A stretch of DNA of 64,000 nucleotides from Maribacter sp. (GCA_965662155.1 CBFIGW010000001.1:10042-74041); one strand, 5' to 3'; shown: positions 37,071 to 46,458, numbered from the stretch's first letter. Notes: generated from the letters alone by a model not told the origin. Program-made: numbers and translations.

Positions 37071-38186
37071 ATGAAAAGAACTTTAGTAAAGTTTAGAAAC
37101 AGTGCTTTTAGGAGGTTCATCCGTAGGCATGAAAAATATGCTCCTATCCTATTTTTTATTGGTGGGTTTATTTTTGACTCCCTTACTCTTGGTCGAATAG
37201 ACCGCATCTATGATCTTATTGTTCTTTGCCTTCATATGACCTCGCTTACCTTTACGCTTTACCTATTTAATTTAGCGGACGATGATAGGTGGAAAAACAC
37301 TTTTCTAGAACGATTTGAAGAATACTTTCCATTGGCCATTCAATTTTTCTTTGGAGGGTTATCCAGTGCATATGTTGTATATTTTTCTAGAAGTGTGTCC
37401 CTTTCTAAAACGGTAACATTTTTCGTGATACTTGTTGTGCTGCTTTTTGCCAATGAAATTTTAAAAAAAAGAATCTCTAATAAATATTTACAGTTTGGCG
37501 TTTACTTCTTTTTAAGCTTTACCTTTTTCACATTTATGGTGCCTGTTTTTATAAAAGAAATGAGTATTTCTATATTTTTAATTTCCGGAATCATCAGCTT
37601 AGGGATTACCTTGACCTTAATCCTCTTAATCTATAGCAAAAGCCCAAGCACTAGGAATGAAGTGAGATTTTGGAAACTATTAAGTGTAATTGTGTTAATC
37701 TACGCACTTATTAATACTTTCTATTTTTTTAGATTAATACCTCCTGTGCCATTAGCTATGGACCAGGGTATTGTAGCTCATAATGTCAAAAGACAGGACA
37801 ACAATTACCTTGTTACTTTTGAGACAGATGATTGGTATGTGTTTTGGAGGGAGCACAGAATTAAATATGTATATACGCCCAATGAAAATGTATTTGTATT
37901 CACTTCTATTTTTGCACCTACAGATTTAGAAAAATCTATAATACACCGTTGGAAATGGTATAATCACCAATCATCCGAATGGGAAATTGTTGAAGATATT
38001 GGTTATGATATCACAGGTGGTCGTGATAATGGGTATAGGGGCTATACTTACAAAAATAACGTAAAGCAAGGGGAGTGGAAAGTAGAGGTAATTACCAACG
38101 AAGAGTTAGTTTTAGGAGTGGTAGATTTTGAGATTATTATCGATTCCAGCATAAAGCCAAAAGGTTTGAAAGAAAGAAAATATTAA
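37071..38186 (+). CDS. Polytopic membrane protein with a C-terminal soluble beta-rich domain (DUF2914-like)
   Basis: 371 aa. About 6 TM helices are followed by a Trp/Tyr-rich domain (WKWYNHQSSEWEIVEDIGYDITGGRDNGYRGYTYKNNVKQGEWKVEV). The family assignment is from memory only. Confidence 0.6.
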   Translation: MKRTLVKFRNSAFRRFIRRHEKYAPILFFIGGFIFDSLTLGRIDRIYDLIVLCLHMTSLTFTLYLFNLADDDRWKNTFLERFEEYFPLAIQFFFGGLSSAYVVYFSRSVSLSKTVTFFVILVVLLFANEILKKRISNKYLQFGVYFFLSFTFFTFMVPVFIKEMSISIFLISGIISLGITLTLILLIYSKSPSTRNEVRFWKLLSVIVLIYALINTFYFFRLIPPVPLAMDQGIVAHNVKRQDNNYLVTFETDDWYVFWREHRIKYVYTPNENVFVFTSIFAPTDLEKSIIHRWKWYNHQSSEWEIVEDIGYDITGGRDNGYRGYTYKNNVKQGEWKVEVITNEELVLGVVDFEIIIDSSIKPKGLKERKY

Positions 38187-38273
38187 TATGGTGAGTATAT
38201 TGCTAAAGTTAAAACACTGTTAATCAGACCTTAAAAATTTGAATTTGTGATTGTTTTTCTTACCTTATAAATT

Positions 38274-38648
38274 ATGGTAAAAATAGACAAGTCAGAAAAT
38301 ACAGAGTTTTTAGAGAAATCAATTCACCATCTTGAAGCCACTGGTTTTGAAAACATTAAAGCAGATATGGAAGGTTATGAAACCCCTAAATCTTATACCA
38401 GAAAAGGTGCTGAGGGGAAAATAACACCTGATATTGTCGCTATTAAAAATGGTAGAAAATACTTTTTTGATATCAGCCTAAAATCGGAAAAACCAAGATT
38501 GTTAAAAACGAAGTGGTTGTTCTTGGATACTTTAAGCCGTATGAACTCTAACCGCTTTAGGATTATTACCACAAGGGGCCATTATAAGTTTACCGATATG
38601 ATGTTGGAAGATATTAACCTAACAAACAAGGAGCCTATTAAAATTTAA
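38274..38648 (+). CDS. Hypothetical 124-aa soluble protein
   Basis: Clean ORF with no overlap. The segment GKITPDIVAIKNGRKYFFDISLKSEK loosely resembles a PD...(D/E)xK nuclease-fold core, but the ExK element is not canonical. Confidence 0.5.
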   Translation: MVKIDKSENTEFLEKSIHHLEATGFENIKADMEGYETPKSYTRKGAEGKITPDIVAIKNGRKYFFDISLKSEKPRLLKTKWLFLDTLSRMNSNRFRIITTRGHYKFTDMMLEDINLTNKEPIKI

Positions 38649-38670
38649 ATTTGAGATCTACGTAAAAATA

Positions 38671-38697
38671 GAAATGACTGTGTATAACGGTCATTTT
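38671..38697 (+). terminator. Weak hairpin plus T-run downstream of the 124-aa ORF
   Basis: AAATGAC (38672-38678) pairs with GTCATTT (38690-38696) across an 11-nt loop. A T-run (38694-38699) begins within the right arm. The right arm overlaps the stop codon of the convergent GNAT gene. Confidence 0.25.
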
Positions 38698-39140
38698 TTG
38701 TGTAGTATCATCCCAATATGGGGAATACCATCTTCCAAATAGTCTTTTCCCTCTTGAACAAACCCTAAATCATTATAAAACTTCTTTAAATACAATTGCG
38801 CCGATATTTTTATTTTGGACTGTTGAAATATCTCTTGTGCTGCTTTTATAGAGGCTTCCATTATGTTTTTGCCGTAACCATATTTTCTGAAATCTATATC
38901 TACCACTACTCTGCCGATACTAGACTCCTTAAAATAGTCTCCTGGACCAAAAATTCTTGTATATGCTACTACTTTTCCTTCTTCTCTACCAATAATATGT
39001 AAAGCGTTTTGGTCTTTACCGTCTACATCCTGGTAAACACAGTCCTGTTCAACAACAAACACAGCGCTACGCAACTTTAAAATATCGTAGAGCTCTTCTA
39101 AAGCTAATTCATTAAAGCGTTTTGTTTGTATCTCTAACAT
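38691..39140 (-). CDS. GNAT-family N-acetyltransferase (ElaA-like)
   Basis: 149 aa. The acetyl-CoA motif region is VVDIDFRKYGYGKNIMEA (R-x-x-G-x-G). The start ATG overlaps the upstream CDF stop as TAATG. Confidence 0.85.
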   Translation of the reverse strand: MLEIQTKRFNELALEELYDILKLRSAVFVVEQDCVYQDVDGKDQNALHIIGREEGKVVAYTRIFGPGDYFKESSIGRVVVDIDFRKYGYGKNIMEASIKAAQEIFQQSKIKISAQLYLKKFYNDLGFVQEGKDYLEDGIPHIGMILHKK

Positions 39141-40057
39141 TAGTCTTGTACTATTAAATGCTTACTGTCGCACTTACCAAATTCTGGTTGAATATTTACA
39201 TGGTTAATTCCATGCTTGTGATACACCTCTTCTTCTATCTGTTCCAAAATCGCATCAAATTGAGAAATGCGAATATCTTCTGTAAAATCTATATGGGCCT
39301 CTAAATGCACTTCATCCTCGTTTAATTGCCAAATATGAACATGATGTACGTTTTTTACTGGTTTAATAGTGGTAATGGTATCCACAATATGCTGCACTTG
39401 AATGGTGTTTGGTGTAAAAAGCATCAATACCCTTGTGGAGTCTTTAAGTAAATCATAGCCCATATAAATTAAATATAAAGCTATAGCTAAAGTAAGTAGT
39501 GGATCAACCCAATAAAACTGGTAATACTTCATCAAAAGACCGCCAATAAATACCGCAACGGAAGCCATCATATCCGTAAGTAAATGCAAATAAGCAGATT
39601 TCATGTTCATATTGCTTTGAGAATCCTTTTTAAGCAATAAGACACTAAAACCATTGGCTATTATACCAATTAACGACAACCAAATAACTAAGTTAGATTC
39701 TATTTCTTCTGGTTGTATAAATCGTTCAATCGCTTCCTTGATAAGAATAATAGCAACAACAATCAATGTTGCAGAATTTACAAATGCTGCTATTATTTCG
39801 GCACGTTTATAACCAAATGTTTTGTTGGTAGATGCTTTCCTTTTAGCTAATACATTAGCTATATAGCTTACTATTAAAGATAATACATCGCTAAAATTAT
39901 GAAGTGCATCAGATAATAGTGCAAGACTGCCAGATAGTAATCCGCCTATTACTTGTGATACAGTTATAACAATGTTGAGAAAAATAGAAATTAATAAGTT
40001 CTTCCCTGTAGCCTTGGGGTGATGATGTCCATGTGAGTGATGGTGTCCTTGCCCCAT
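39140..40057 (-). CDS. Cation diffusion facilitator (CzcD/ZitB-like) metal efflux transporter
   Basis: His-rich N-terminus MGQGHHHSHGHHH and six TM helices. CDF signature regions are LALLSDALHNFSDV and AYLHLLTDM. The C-terminal cytoplasmic domain carries HHVHIW. Confidence 0.9.
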   Translation of the reverse strand: MGQGHHHSHGHHHPKATGKNLLISIFLNIVITVSQVIGGLLSGSLALLSDALHNFSDVLSLIVSYIANVLAKRKASTNKTFGYKRAEIIAAFVNSATLIVVAIILIKEAIERFIQPEEIESNLVIWLSLIGIIANGFSVLLLKKDSQSNMNMKSAYLHLLTDMMASVAVFIGGLLMKYYQFYWVDPLLTLAIALYLIYMGYDLLKDSTRVLMLFTPNTIQVQHIVDTITTIKPVKNVHHVHIWQLNEDEVHLEAHIDFTEDIRISQFDAILEQIEEEVYHKHGINHVNIQPEFGKCDSKHLIVQD

Positions 40058-40063
40058 AATGTT

Positions 40064-40495
40064 TTACTTGCAGGGTATTTTTTCAATTCTTCTTTCGTGT
40101 CTTCCACCTTCAAATTTTGTGGTTAAAAAAGTGTTGACCATTTCCAAAGCCTGCGGTAAGGCAACATATCTAGCGGGCAAACTTAATATGTTGGCATCAT
40201 TATGTTCTCTTGCCAACGCAACTATTTCTTTAGTCCAACACAAGGCAGCTCTTACTTTTTGATGTTTATTGGCGGTCATGGAGGCACCATTACCACTACC
40301 ACATACTATAATTCCATAATCTACTTTGCCTTCTGATACGTCTTGGGCAACCGGATGAATAAAATCCGCATAATCTACACTATCAGTACCATCTGTGCCA
40401 TAATTTATAACCTCTATATCCTTAGATTTTAAAAGACCTATTATAGCTAATTTATATTCTGTACCAGCATGATCATTACCAATTGCTATTTTCAT
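40064..40495 (-). CDS. rpiB: Ribose-5-phosphate isomerase B
   Basis: 143 aa. MKIAIGNDHAG, VCGSGNGASM and a C-terminal GGRHERR are typical of RpiB/LacAB. Confidence 0.92.
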   Translation of the reverse strand: MKIAIGNDHAGTEYKLAIIGLLKSKDIEVINYGTDGTDSVDYADFIHPVAQDVSEGKVDYGIIVCGSGNGASMTANKHQKVRAALCWTKEIVALAREHNDANILSLPARYVALPQALEMVNTFLTTKFEGGRHERRIEKIPCK

Positions 40496-41136
40496 GTGTA
40501 AACTTTTTTAGTTCAAAGTTATTTAGTGATGTGGGGTAGTATATATTATACGACAAATGTACAACTTACTTAAGTTCACAACAAAAATTAGACAGTTGAC
40601 AACAATTCTTTTAAAATTAAATTTTACGGTTGTTCATTAGTGCGTTGAATACTTGGGTAACTTCTGTAAAAAGTGTTAAGAAATATTCAAATTATTATTT
40701 GTAAAAATGGATAGAGAATTGCACTTAACTTTTTATTTCTATCTCCCTAATAATAATATTAGAATTAGTTAGGTGCTTTTTAATAAAACAATCCGCTTAG
40801 TTAACACAATATTTACAATTACTTATCAATAAAAACATGTTTAGAACAGTTATCAACTGTTACTGATAACTTTTTAAAATATCTGATAATCAATATCAAT
40901 AGGTACTTATAAGTTGTCAATAAGTATTCGTATCTCATAAAATCAAGTAAAATACAATTAAGTTATTCTACATATTAACAAGCTATCATTATCATCATTT
41001 TTTATTTTAAATTTTAAAAAAGAAATATAATTATATATATAATGTTGATAACAACAATTAATTATAGGTTATGTTCACTTTAGTAAATATATGTAGTGGA
41101 TTATAATTCGTAATTTTCCAATAAATAAAAATTTTA
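40496..41136. other. 641-bp ORF-free, extremely AT-rich divergent intergenic region with clustered dyad motifs
   Basis: No ORF of 60 aa or more. Five GTTGNCAAC-like 9-mers lie at 40574, 40595, 40849, 40913 and 41044. Nested inverted repeats occupy 40846-40871. Confidence 0.9.
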
Positions 41137-43326
41137 ATGTCGAAAAGAAATAAGAAGGCGAAGAACCATAGAAAGAATGAAATTACCAAAGGCATATTTA
41201 CAGTATTAGAAAAAGAACCTACCAAAAGCTTTAACTATAAGCAGATTGCTGCCAAAATTGGGATAACGGATGCCCAAGATAGAAATACACTCATAAAACG
41301 ACTTACTCAATTAAAGGAAACGAAGCGAATAAGAGAGGTTTCTCGTGGCAGTTATCAAGTAATAGAGGATTTAAAGACCTATCATAGAGGTGTGGTAGAT
41401 TTAACCAGTAAAGGACATGCCTATATAGTTGTAGAAGGTATGGATGAAGATGTCTTTGTACCTTCTAATAAATTAAATAAGGCTTTTCATAAAGATGTAG
41501 TAGAAGTTTATATATATCCTTCTAAAAAAAGCAGAAAATTAGAGGGTGAGGTTCATAAGGTTGTTGAACGCTATAAAAGTACTTTTGTGGGTATCGTAGA
41601 TATGCAAAAGACTTTTGCCTTTGTTAGACCTACGGATTTTAGGATGTATACGGATATTTTTGTCTCTTCAGATAAATTGAAAGGAGCTGAAGATGGAGAA
41701 AAGGTTATTGTAGAAATACTCGAATGGCCCAATGACGTTGATTCACCTTTCGGTAAAATAAAAGAAGTATTAGGAAAACCTGGAGAACATGATACGGAGA
41801 TACACTCTATACTAGCGGAATATGGTTTGCCTTATGAATTTCCTGCGGATGTTCAACAATTTGCCGATCAATTAGATACTAGTATAAAAAATAAGGAAAT
41901 AGCAAAACGAAGGGATATGAGAAATACCCTAACTTTTACTATAGATCCAAAGGATGCTAAAGACTTTGATGACGCACTGTCTTTTACCATATTGGAAAAT
42001 GGAAATTTTGAGATAGGAATACATATTGCGGATGTTTCCCATTATTTATTGGAAAATACTATTCTAGATGATGAAGCGTATGAAAGGGCAACCTCAGTTT
42101 ATTTAGTAGATAGGGTGGTACCTATGTTACCGGAGGTTTTATCTAATAATGCATGTTCTTTAAGACCTAATGAAGAAAAATATACCTTTTCCGCTATTTT
42201 TGAGTTGGATACTAAAGCAACTATCAAGAATCAATGGTTTGGAAGAACGGTAATAAATTCAAACGAAAGATTTGCATATGAGGAGGCACAGCATATAATA
42301 GAGACCGGAGGTAATTCCATTCCAAAAGAAATATCCATAAGAGATAAAGCTTATAGTGTTACAGATGACATAGTACAAGCTACACTTACGATGGATAGGT
42401 TAGCAAAAACCATGCGCGCCAAAAGAATGGAACAGGGAGCAATTTCATTTGATAAAGTTGAAGTTAGATTTAATCTTGACGAAAAAAACGAGCCAGTAAG
42501 TGTTTATTTTAAAGAATCTAAAGATGCCAATAAATTAATTGAGGAATTTATGTTATTGGCCAACAGAAAAGTTGCCGAATTTATTGGTAAGCAGAAATCT
42601 AAAAAAACGTTTGTTTATAGAATTCATGATGATCCAGATGAGGATAAGTTAATGGCTTTAAACGGAATTGTGTCTAAGTTTGGACATAAATTGAATTTTA
42701 AGGACAAGAAGTCAATTAGTGATTCATTGAATAAATTATTGGAAGACGTAAAGGGTCAAAAAGAACAAAATCTAGTAGATACATTGGCTATACGTACCAT
42801 GAGCAAAGCGGTTTATACCGTTGATAATATCGGTCATTATGGTTTAGCGTTTGATTACTATACACATTTTACGTCTCCAATACGAAGGTATCCAGATGTA
42901 ATGGTGCATCGATTGTTGCAACATTATTTAGATGGAGGTAAATCTGCAAAAGAAGAGATTTATGAAGCTAAGTGTAAGCATTCTTCAGATATGGAAGGAT
43001 TGGCTTCTAGCGCCGAAAGAGATTCTATAAAATACATGCAGATAAAGTTTATGCAAGATCATCAAGATCAAGAATTTGTAGGTGTAATAAGCGGTGTAAC
43101 AGAATGGGGAATCTATGTAGAGATTGTAGAAAATAAATGTGAAGGTATGGTACGTATTCGGGACATCAAAGGAGATTATTATATCTTTGATGAGAAACAG
43201 TATGCTATTATAGGCGAACGTACCAAGAAAACTTATCAATTGGGAGATGAAGTTATTGTAATGGTCAAGAATACAGATTTAGTGAAACGCCATTTAGATT
43301 TCTCATTGATAGGTAAAAATGAATAA
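41137..43326 (+). CDS. rnr: Ribonuclease R
   Basis: 729 aa. RNB-domain motifs are TIDPKDAKDFDDALS and HYGLAFDYYTHFTSPIRRYPD. The C-terminal S1 domain has FVGVISGVTEWGIYVEI. Confidence 0.95.
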   Translation: MSKRNKKAKNHRKNEITKGIFTVLEKEPTKSFNYKQIAAKIGITDAQDRNTLIKRLTQLKETKRIREVSRGSYQVIEDLKTYHRGVVDLTSKGHAYIVVEGMDEDVFVPSNKLNKAFHKDVVEVYIYPSKKSRKLEGEVHKVVERYKSTFVGIVDMQKTFAFVRPTDFRMYTDIFVSSDKLKGAEDGEKVIVEILEWPNDVDSPFGKIKEVLGKPGEHDTEIHSILAEYGLPYEFPADVQQFADQLDTSIKNKEIAKRRDMRNTLTFTIDPKDAKDFDDALSFTILENGNFEIGIHIADVSHYLLENTILDDEAYERATSVYLVDRVVPMLPEVLSNNACSLRPNEEKYTFSAIFELDTKATIKNQWFGRTVINSNERFAYEEAQHIIETGGNSIPKEISIRDKAYSVTDDIVQATLTMDRLAKTMRAKRMEQGAISFDKVEVRFNLDEKNEPVSVYFKESKDANKLIEEFMLLANRKVAEFIGKQKSKKTFVYRIHDDPDEDKLMALNGIVSKFGHKLNFKDKKSISDSLNKLLEDVKGQKEQNLVDTLAIRTMSKAVYTVDNIGHYGLAFDYYTHFTSPIRRYPDVMVHRLLQHYLDGGKSAKEEIYEAKCKHSSDMEGLASSAERDSIKYMQIKFMQDHQDQEFVGVISGVTEWGIYVEIVENKCEGMVRIRDIKGDYYIFDEKQYAIIGERTKKTYQLGDEVIVMVKNTDLVKRHLDFSLIGKNE

Positions 43327-43398
43327 TTTATGGTATGAATTTTGATTTGTTAGGCACGGCAAAATAAAATACCAAAAATTGAATTCAAATAAAAAAAC

Positions 43399-44073
43399 AT
43401 GAGGTATTTAGTTTTATTACTATTAATCGGTTATCAGAATCTCTCTGGTCAAGATGGTAAAGTAGTACATAAACTTGAAGGTTTTAAAGAGCTAAAAGGA
43501 TTTGATGGTTTATCTATCAATCTATTGAAATCAACTGAAAACAAAGCTGTTGTTTCAGGCGAGAATGCTGATAAAGTAGCAATTGTCAATAATGACGGTG
43601 TTCTTAAGATTAGAATGCAAATAGGTAAGATTTTTGGAGGTTATAAAACTTTTGTTGATTTGTATTATACCGACAATATTGTGGTAATAGATGTAAATGA
43701 GGATGCAAGAATTACCTCAAATGATATTGTTGAACAGGATGTGTTGGAGTTAAAGGCGCAAGAAGGTGGTGAAATAATAGTTACAGCCAATGTAGAACAA
43801 ATGTTAATTAAATCGGTTTCTGGAGGTGTTATAGAAACCATTGGAACATCAAATTTACAGGATGTACAAATTAATACTGGCGGGGTTTATAAAGGGAAAG
43901 ATTTTAAAACTAAGTTTTCAACCGTAAATGTAAATGCCGGTTCTTTAGCAGAAATATTTGCAGTAGATTATGTAAAAGCTGCGGTAAAAGCTGGTGGTGA
44001 AGTTATTGTGTATGGGAATCCGACTAAGTTGGAAGAGAAAACAGTATTTGGCGGTAGTATAAAAAGAATGTAA
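43399..44073 (+). CDS. DUF2807 / head-GIN-domain beta-helix protein, secreted
   Basis: 224 aa with a signal peptide. Repeated short beta-strand units contain SGG/GGV motifs, ending in AGGEVIVYGNPTKL as in this family. Confidence 0.65.
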   Translation: MRYLVLLLLIGYQNLSGQDGKVVHKLEGFKELKGFDGLSINLLKSTENKAVVSGENADKVAIVNNDGVLKIRMQIGKIFGGYKTFVDLYYTDNIVVIDVNEDARITSNDIVEQDVLELKAQEGGEIIVTANVEQMLIKSVSGGVIETIGTSNLQDVQINTGGVYKGKDFKTKFSTVNVNAGSLAEIFAVDYVKAAVKAGGEVIVYGNPTKLEEKTVFGGSIKRM

Positions 44074-44079
44074 GTATAA

Positions 44080-44757
44080 ATGATTGAGGACGTACAGGCA
44101 GCAATTCCATTAGGCTTTTTATTAAGTTTTATGATTGGTCCTGTTTTTTTTGTTCTTTTGGAAACCAGTGTTTTAAAGGGTTTTAGGGCGGCGTTGGTTT
44201 TTGATATAGGTGTTGTTCTTGCCGATATTTTATTTATTATAGCCGCTTATTTTAGTAGTTATCAGTTACTTGAAAATTTAAGTAACCAACCTGGGTTGTA
44301 TGTCTTTGGTGGTGCTATTTTATTGGTTTATGGGCTTACCATTATTTTTAAACATAACATAAAAAAAAGTGAAAAGGTGGAGATTAAGTCTTATAGGGGA
44401 GACTACTTAAGTCTTTTCGTAAAGGGTTTTTTATTAAACTTTATCAATATTGGGGTACTTGTCTTCTGGCTGGGAATTATTATCATTGTAGGTCCCAGTT
44501 TAGATAATGAACCGGTAAGAATAAGGGTTTTCTTTTCAACAATGTTAATAGCATATTTTGTTACGGATATTTTTAAAATTCTACTCGCCAAGCAATTAAA
44601 AAGAAAGTTAACCAAGGAACGTATTAGGCTTGTTAAAAAGGGTGTTGGTGTAATCTTGGTAATATGCGGCATTGTGTTGATGGTAAAAGGATTTTTACCT
44701 AAGGATAAGTTTAATTTAGAAAAAGGGATCGAAAGAATTGAGGATATAACCCATTAA
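44080..44757 (+). CDS. LysE-family amino-acid/metabolite exporter
   Basis: 225 aa with six TM helices. The N-terminal GFLLSFMIGPVFFVLLETS is typical of the LysE/RhtB fold. Confidence 0.75.
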   Translation: MIEDVQAAIPLGFLLSFMIGPVFFVLLETSVLKGFRAALVFDIGVVLADILFIIAAYFSSYQLLENLSNQPGLYVFGGAILLVYGLTIIFKHNIKKSEKVEIKSYRGDYLSLFVKGFLLNFINIGVLVFWLGIIIIVGPSLDNEPVRIRVFFSTMLIAYFVTDIFKILLAKQLKRKLTKERIRLVKKGVGVILVICGIVLMVKGFLPKDKFNLEKGIERIEDITH

Positions 44758-44760
44758 AAT

Positions 44761-44792
44761 AAAAATGCGGGTATTACCCGCATTTTTATTTT
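44761..44792. terminator. Bidirectional rho-independent terminator
   Basis: AAAA-ATGCGGG-TATTA-CCCGCAT-TTTTATTTT. The 7-bp GC-rich stem (44765-44771 / 44777-44783) is flanked by an A-run and a T-run. It sits between the convergent LysE and Skp genes. Confidence 0.8.
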
Positions 44793-44807
44793 AATGGGTA
44801 TGGGTAA

Positions 44808-45314
44808 TTATTTTGTATACTTATCATTAAGAAGTTTAACTATTTCGTTGGTTAAGTCGTTACTTTCTTTACCATAAAGAACACTACCACCTTCGCCTCC
44901 ACCTAATATATACGAATAACCGTTAAGTTTTCCGTAAGCTTGAATTTCTTTCTTCACTTTACTAACAACACTGTCCATTTCCGTCTGTCCTTCCAACTGT
45001 AGTTGTTGATCTTCTTGTTGTAGTTGTTGTCCTATAAATTGGCCTTTCTGTTGAAATTGTGCATATTCTTCTTGAGCTTTAGACTGAGACATTTTTTGTG
45101 CTTTAGCCTGAAAAGCTTGTGCTTCTATTTGAAAAGCTTGTGATATACTGTCTCTTTTTTTTGTTAAAGCATCAGCTTTAACTTTAAACTTTGCTTCAAT
45201 ATCTATTTTTTCTTGATATTCGTTCATTAGTTTAACATTGTCTACGTATCCTATTTTTTCTTGTTGACACGATGCAATGAACAAGATCATTAATCCAAAG
45301 ATTATTTTTTTCAT
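44808..45314 (-). CDS. OmpH/Skp-family periplasmic chaperone
   Basis: 168 aa with a signal/lipobox LFIASCQQ. A Q/E/K-rich coiled-coil core is followed by C-terminal NGYSYILGG. Confidence 0.85.
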   Translation of the reverse strand: MKKIIFGLMILFIASCQQEKIGYVDNVKLMNEYQEKIDIEAKFKVKADALTKKRDSISQAFQIEAQAFQAKAQKMSQSKAQEEYAQFQQKGQFIGQQLQQEDQQLQLEGQTEMDSVVSKVKKEIQAYGKLNGYSYILGGGEGGSVLYGKESNDLTNEIVKLLNDKYTK

Positions 45315-45554
45315 TTTATGTTATATTAAGAGTTGCGCAAAAGTAATAAAGGTTTTAATACTCAGCTTGTAAATTTAATTATTTGTGGTTTGTGAAGCGG
45401 CTTATTGTTTTAATCAATTTTATTTATTCAAAATTAAAATAATATTGTTTTATTCTATTACAAAAGCACTTAATAGAGCACTTTTAAAGCCTTTTTATTT
45501 TTACTTAATATTTTAGCGTCTTTTGTTATTAATATGCACTTAGAGTGCTTTAAA

Positions 45555-46388
45555 TTAATTTTTAGCTCTTTTAAGCACATAAATATGAGACGAATACTGT
45601 TTTGTTTTAATGGCGCTGAGATTGGAGCATAAACCAACAAAGAATGCTTTAAATATATTTTGTTTTTTATTTTTATATTTTTCAGAAAGTAAGGAGACAT
45701 AAAAAGAATCAAAATACATAGGATAGGTTTTTACCAATTGCATGTTATGTTCTTTAAAAATCTCAATTATAGATTTTTTAGAGAAGTGATATAAATGTCT
45801 GGGAACATCAAATGCCGCCCAATGTTGTTTATATTTTTTGGCATCGTAAGATTTATAATTGGGAACAGCTATGATTAAAGTTCCCTTTTTATCTAATTTA
45901 TCCAGTATAGTATTTATTTGTATTTGTAAATCCGGCAGATGTTCTAATACATGCCATAATGTTATTACACTGAAATCAACTTGTTGTATATTTTCAATAG
46001 AATCTGTAAGTTGGATATTTTTTTGTTGAGCTTTGTCTCTTGCTAATTTGTTAGGTTCAACCCCCAAAACCTTCCATTCTTTTTTCGATGCTGTTAAAAG
46101 AAAGTCGCCAGTTCCTGCGCCAATATCCAACAGTGTTTTATTGTTGTTAATATATTTTGATGTAAGGGAAACCTTCTTAACCAAACTATACTTTTTAATA
46201 ATTTGATAGATTTTATCTATCATGGTTGTTGTTTCATCTGAGTGAGATATATAATTTTTAGAGTTGTAATACTCAGATATATTATGAGGTATGGGAGAAG
46301 TGATAAGCATATCTTTATGCTCATCATATAGAAGTTCAAATTCTTCTCCACTATAGAAATAATCCTTGGTTTTTAGGTATTGCTTCAT
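45555..46388 (-). CDS. Class I SAM-dependent methyltransferase
   Basis: 277 aa. Motif I LLDIGAGTGDF, post-I VLGVEPN, and later ITLWHVLEHL. Confidence 0.85.
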   Translation of the reverse strand: MKQYLKTKDYFYSGEEFELLYDEHKDMLITSPIPHNISEYYNSKNYISHSDETTTMIDKIYQIIKKYSLVKKVSLTSKYINNNKTLLDIGAGTGDFLLTASKKEWKVLGVEPNKLARDKAQQKNIQLTDSIENIQQVDFSVITLWHVLEHLPDLQIQINTILDKLDKKGTLIIAVPNYKSYDAKKYKQHWAAFDVPRHLYHFSKKSIIEIFKEHNMQLVKTYPMYFDSFYVSLLSEKYKNKKQNIFKAFFVGLCSNLSAIKTKQYSSHIYVLKRAKN

Positions 46389-46428
46389 TGGTTTGTTAAG
46401 GGGGTTGTTTAGAATTTAATGCGTATTT

Positions 46429-46454
46429 ATAATTGTTCCACGTGGAACAATTAT
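46429..46454. repeat. Perfect 26-nt palindrome ATAATTGTTCCACGTGGAACAATTAT immediately 3' of mnmG
   Basis: Read directly: rc(ATAATTGTTCCAC) = GTGGAACAATTAT. Four nt separate it from the mnmG stop codon (46459-46461). It shares an identical 18-mer with the copy at 48335-48352. Confidence 0.95.
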
Positions 46455-46458
46455 GCTT

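Noticed and set aside
40496-41136. Possible chromosomal origin (oriC): a long AT-rich spacer 5 kb from mnmG/gidA with DnaA-box-like 9-mers (TGTTGATAA, TTATCAACT, TTATCAATA, TTATCATCA, AGTGGATTA).
   Set aside because: There is no perfect TTATCCACA box. The number of sites with 2 or fewer mismatches is about what I estimate for random sequence of this length. No dnaA or dnaN is nearby. GC skew cannot be computed from one window. It is kept only as something a skew plot could test.
45315-45554. Repeated GCACT/AGTGC units (about 45467, 45479, 45537, 45546) in the spacer between the methyltransferase and Skp genes.
   Set aside because: The units are short (5 nt). The best hairpin is only 5 bp, which is compatible with a weak terminator or with chance. 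This is not enough for a feature call.
45470-45712. 80-aa minus-strand ORF spanning the methyltransferase 3' end and the downstream spacer.
   Set aside because: It overlaps the well-supported methyltransferase ORF in another frame. The translation is Lys/Ile/Leu-rich noise typical of AT-rich sequence.
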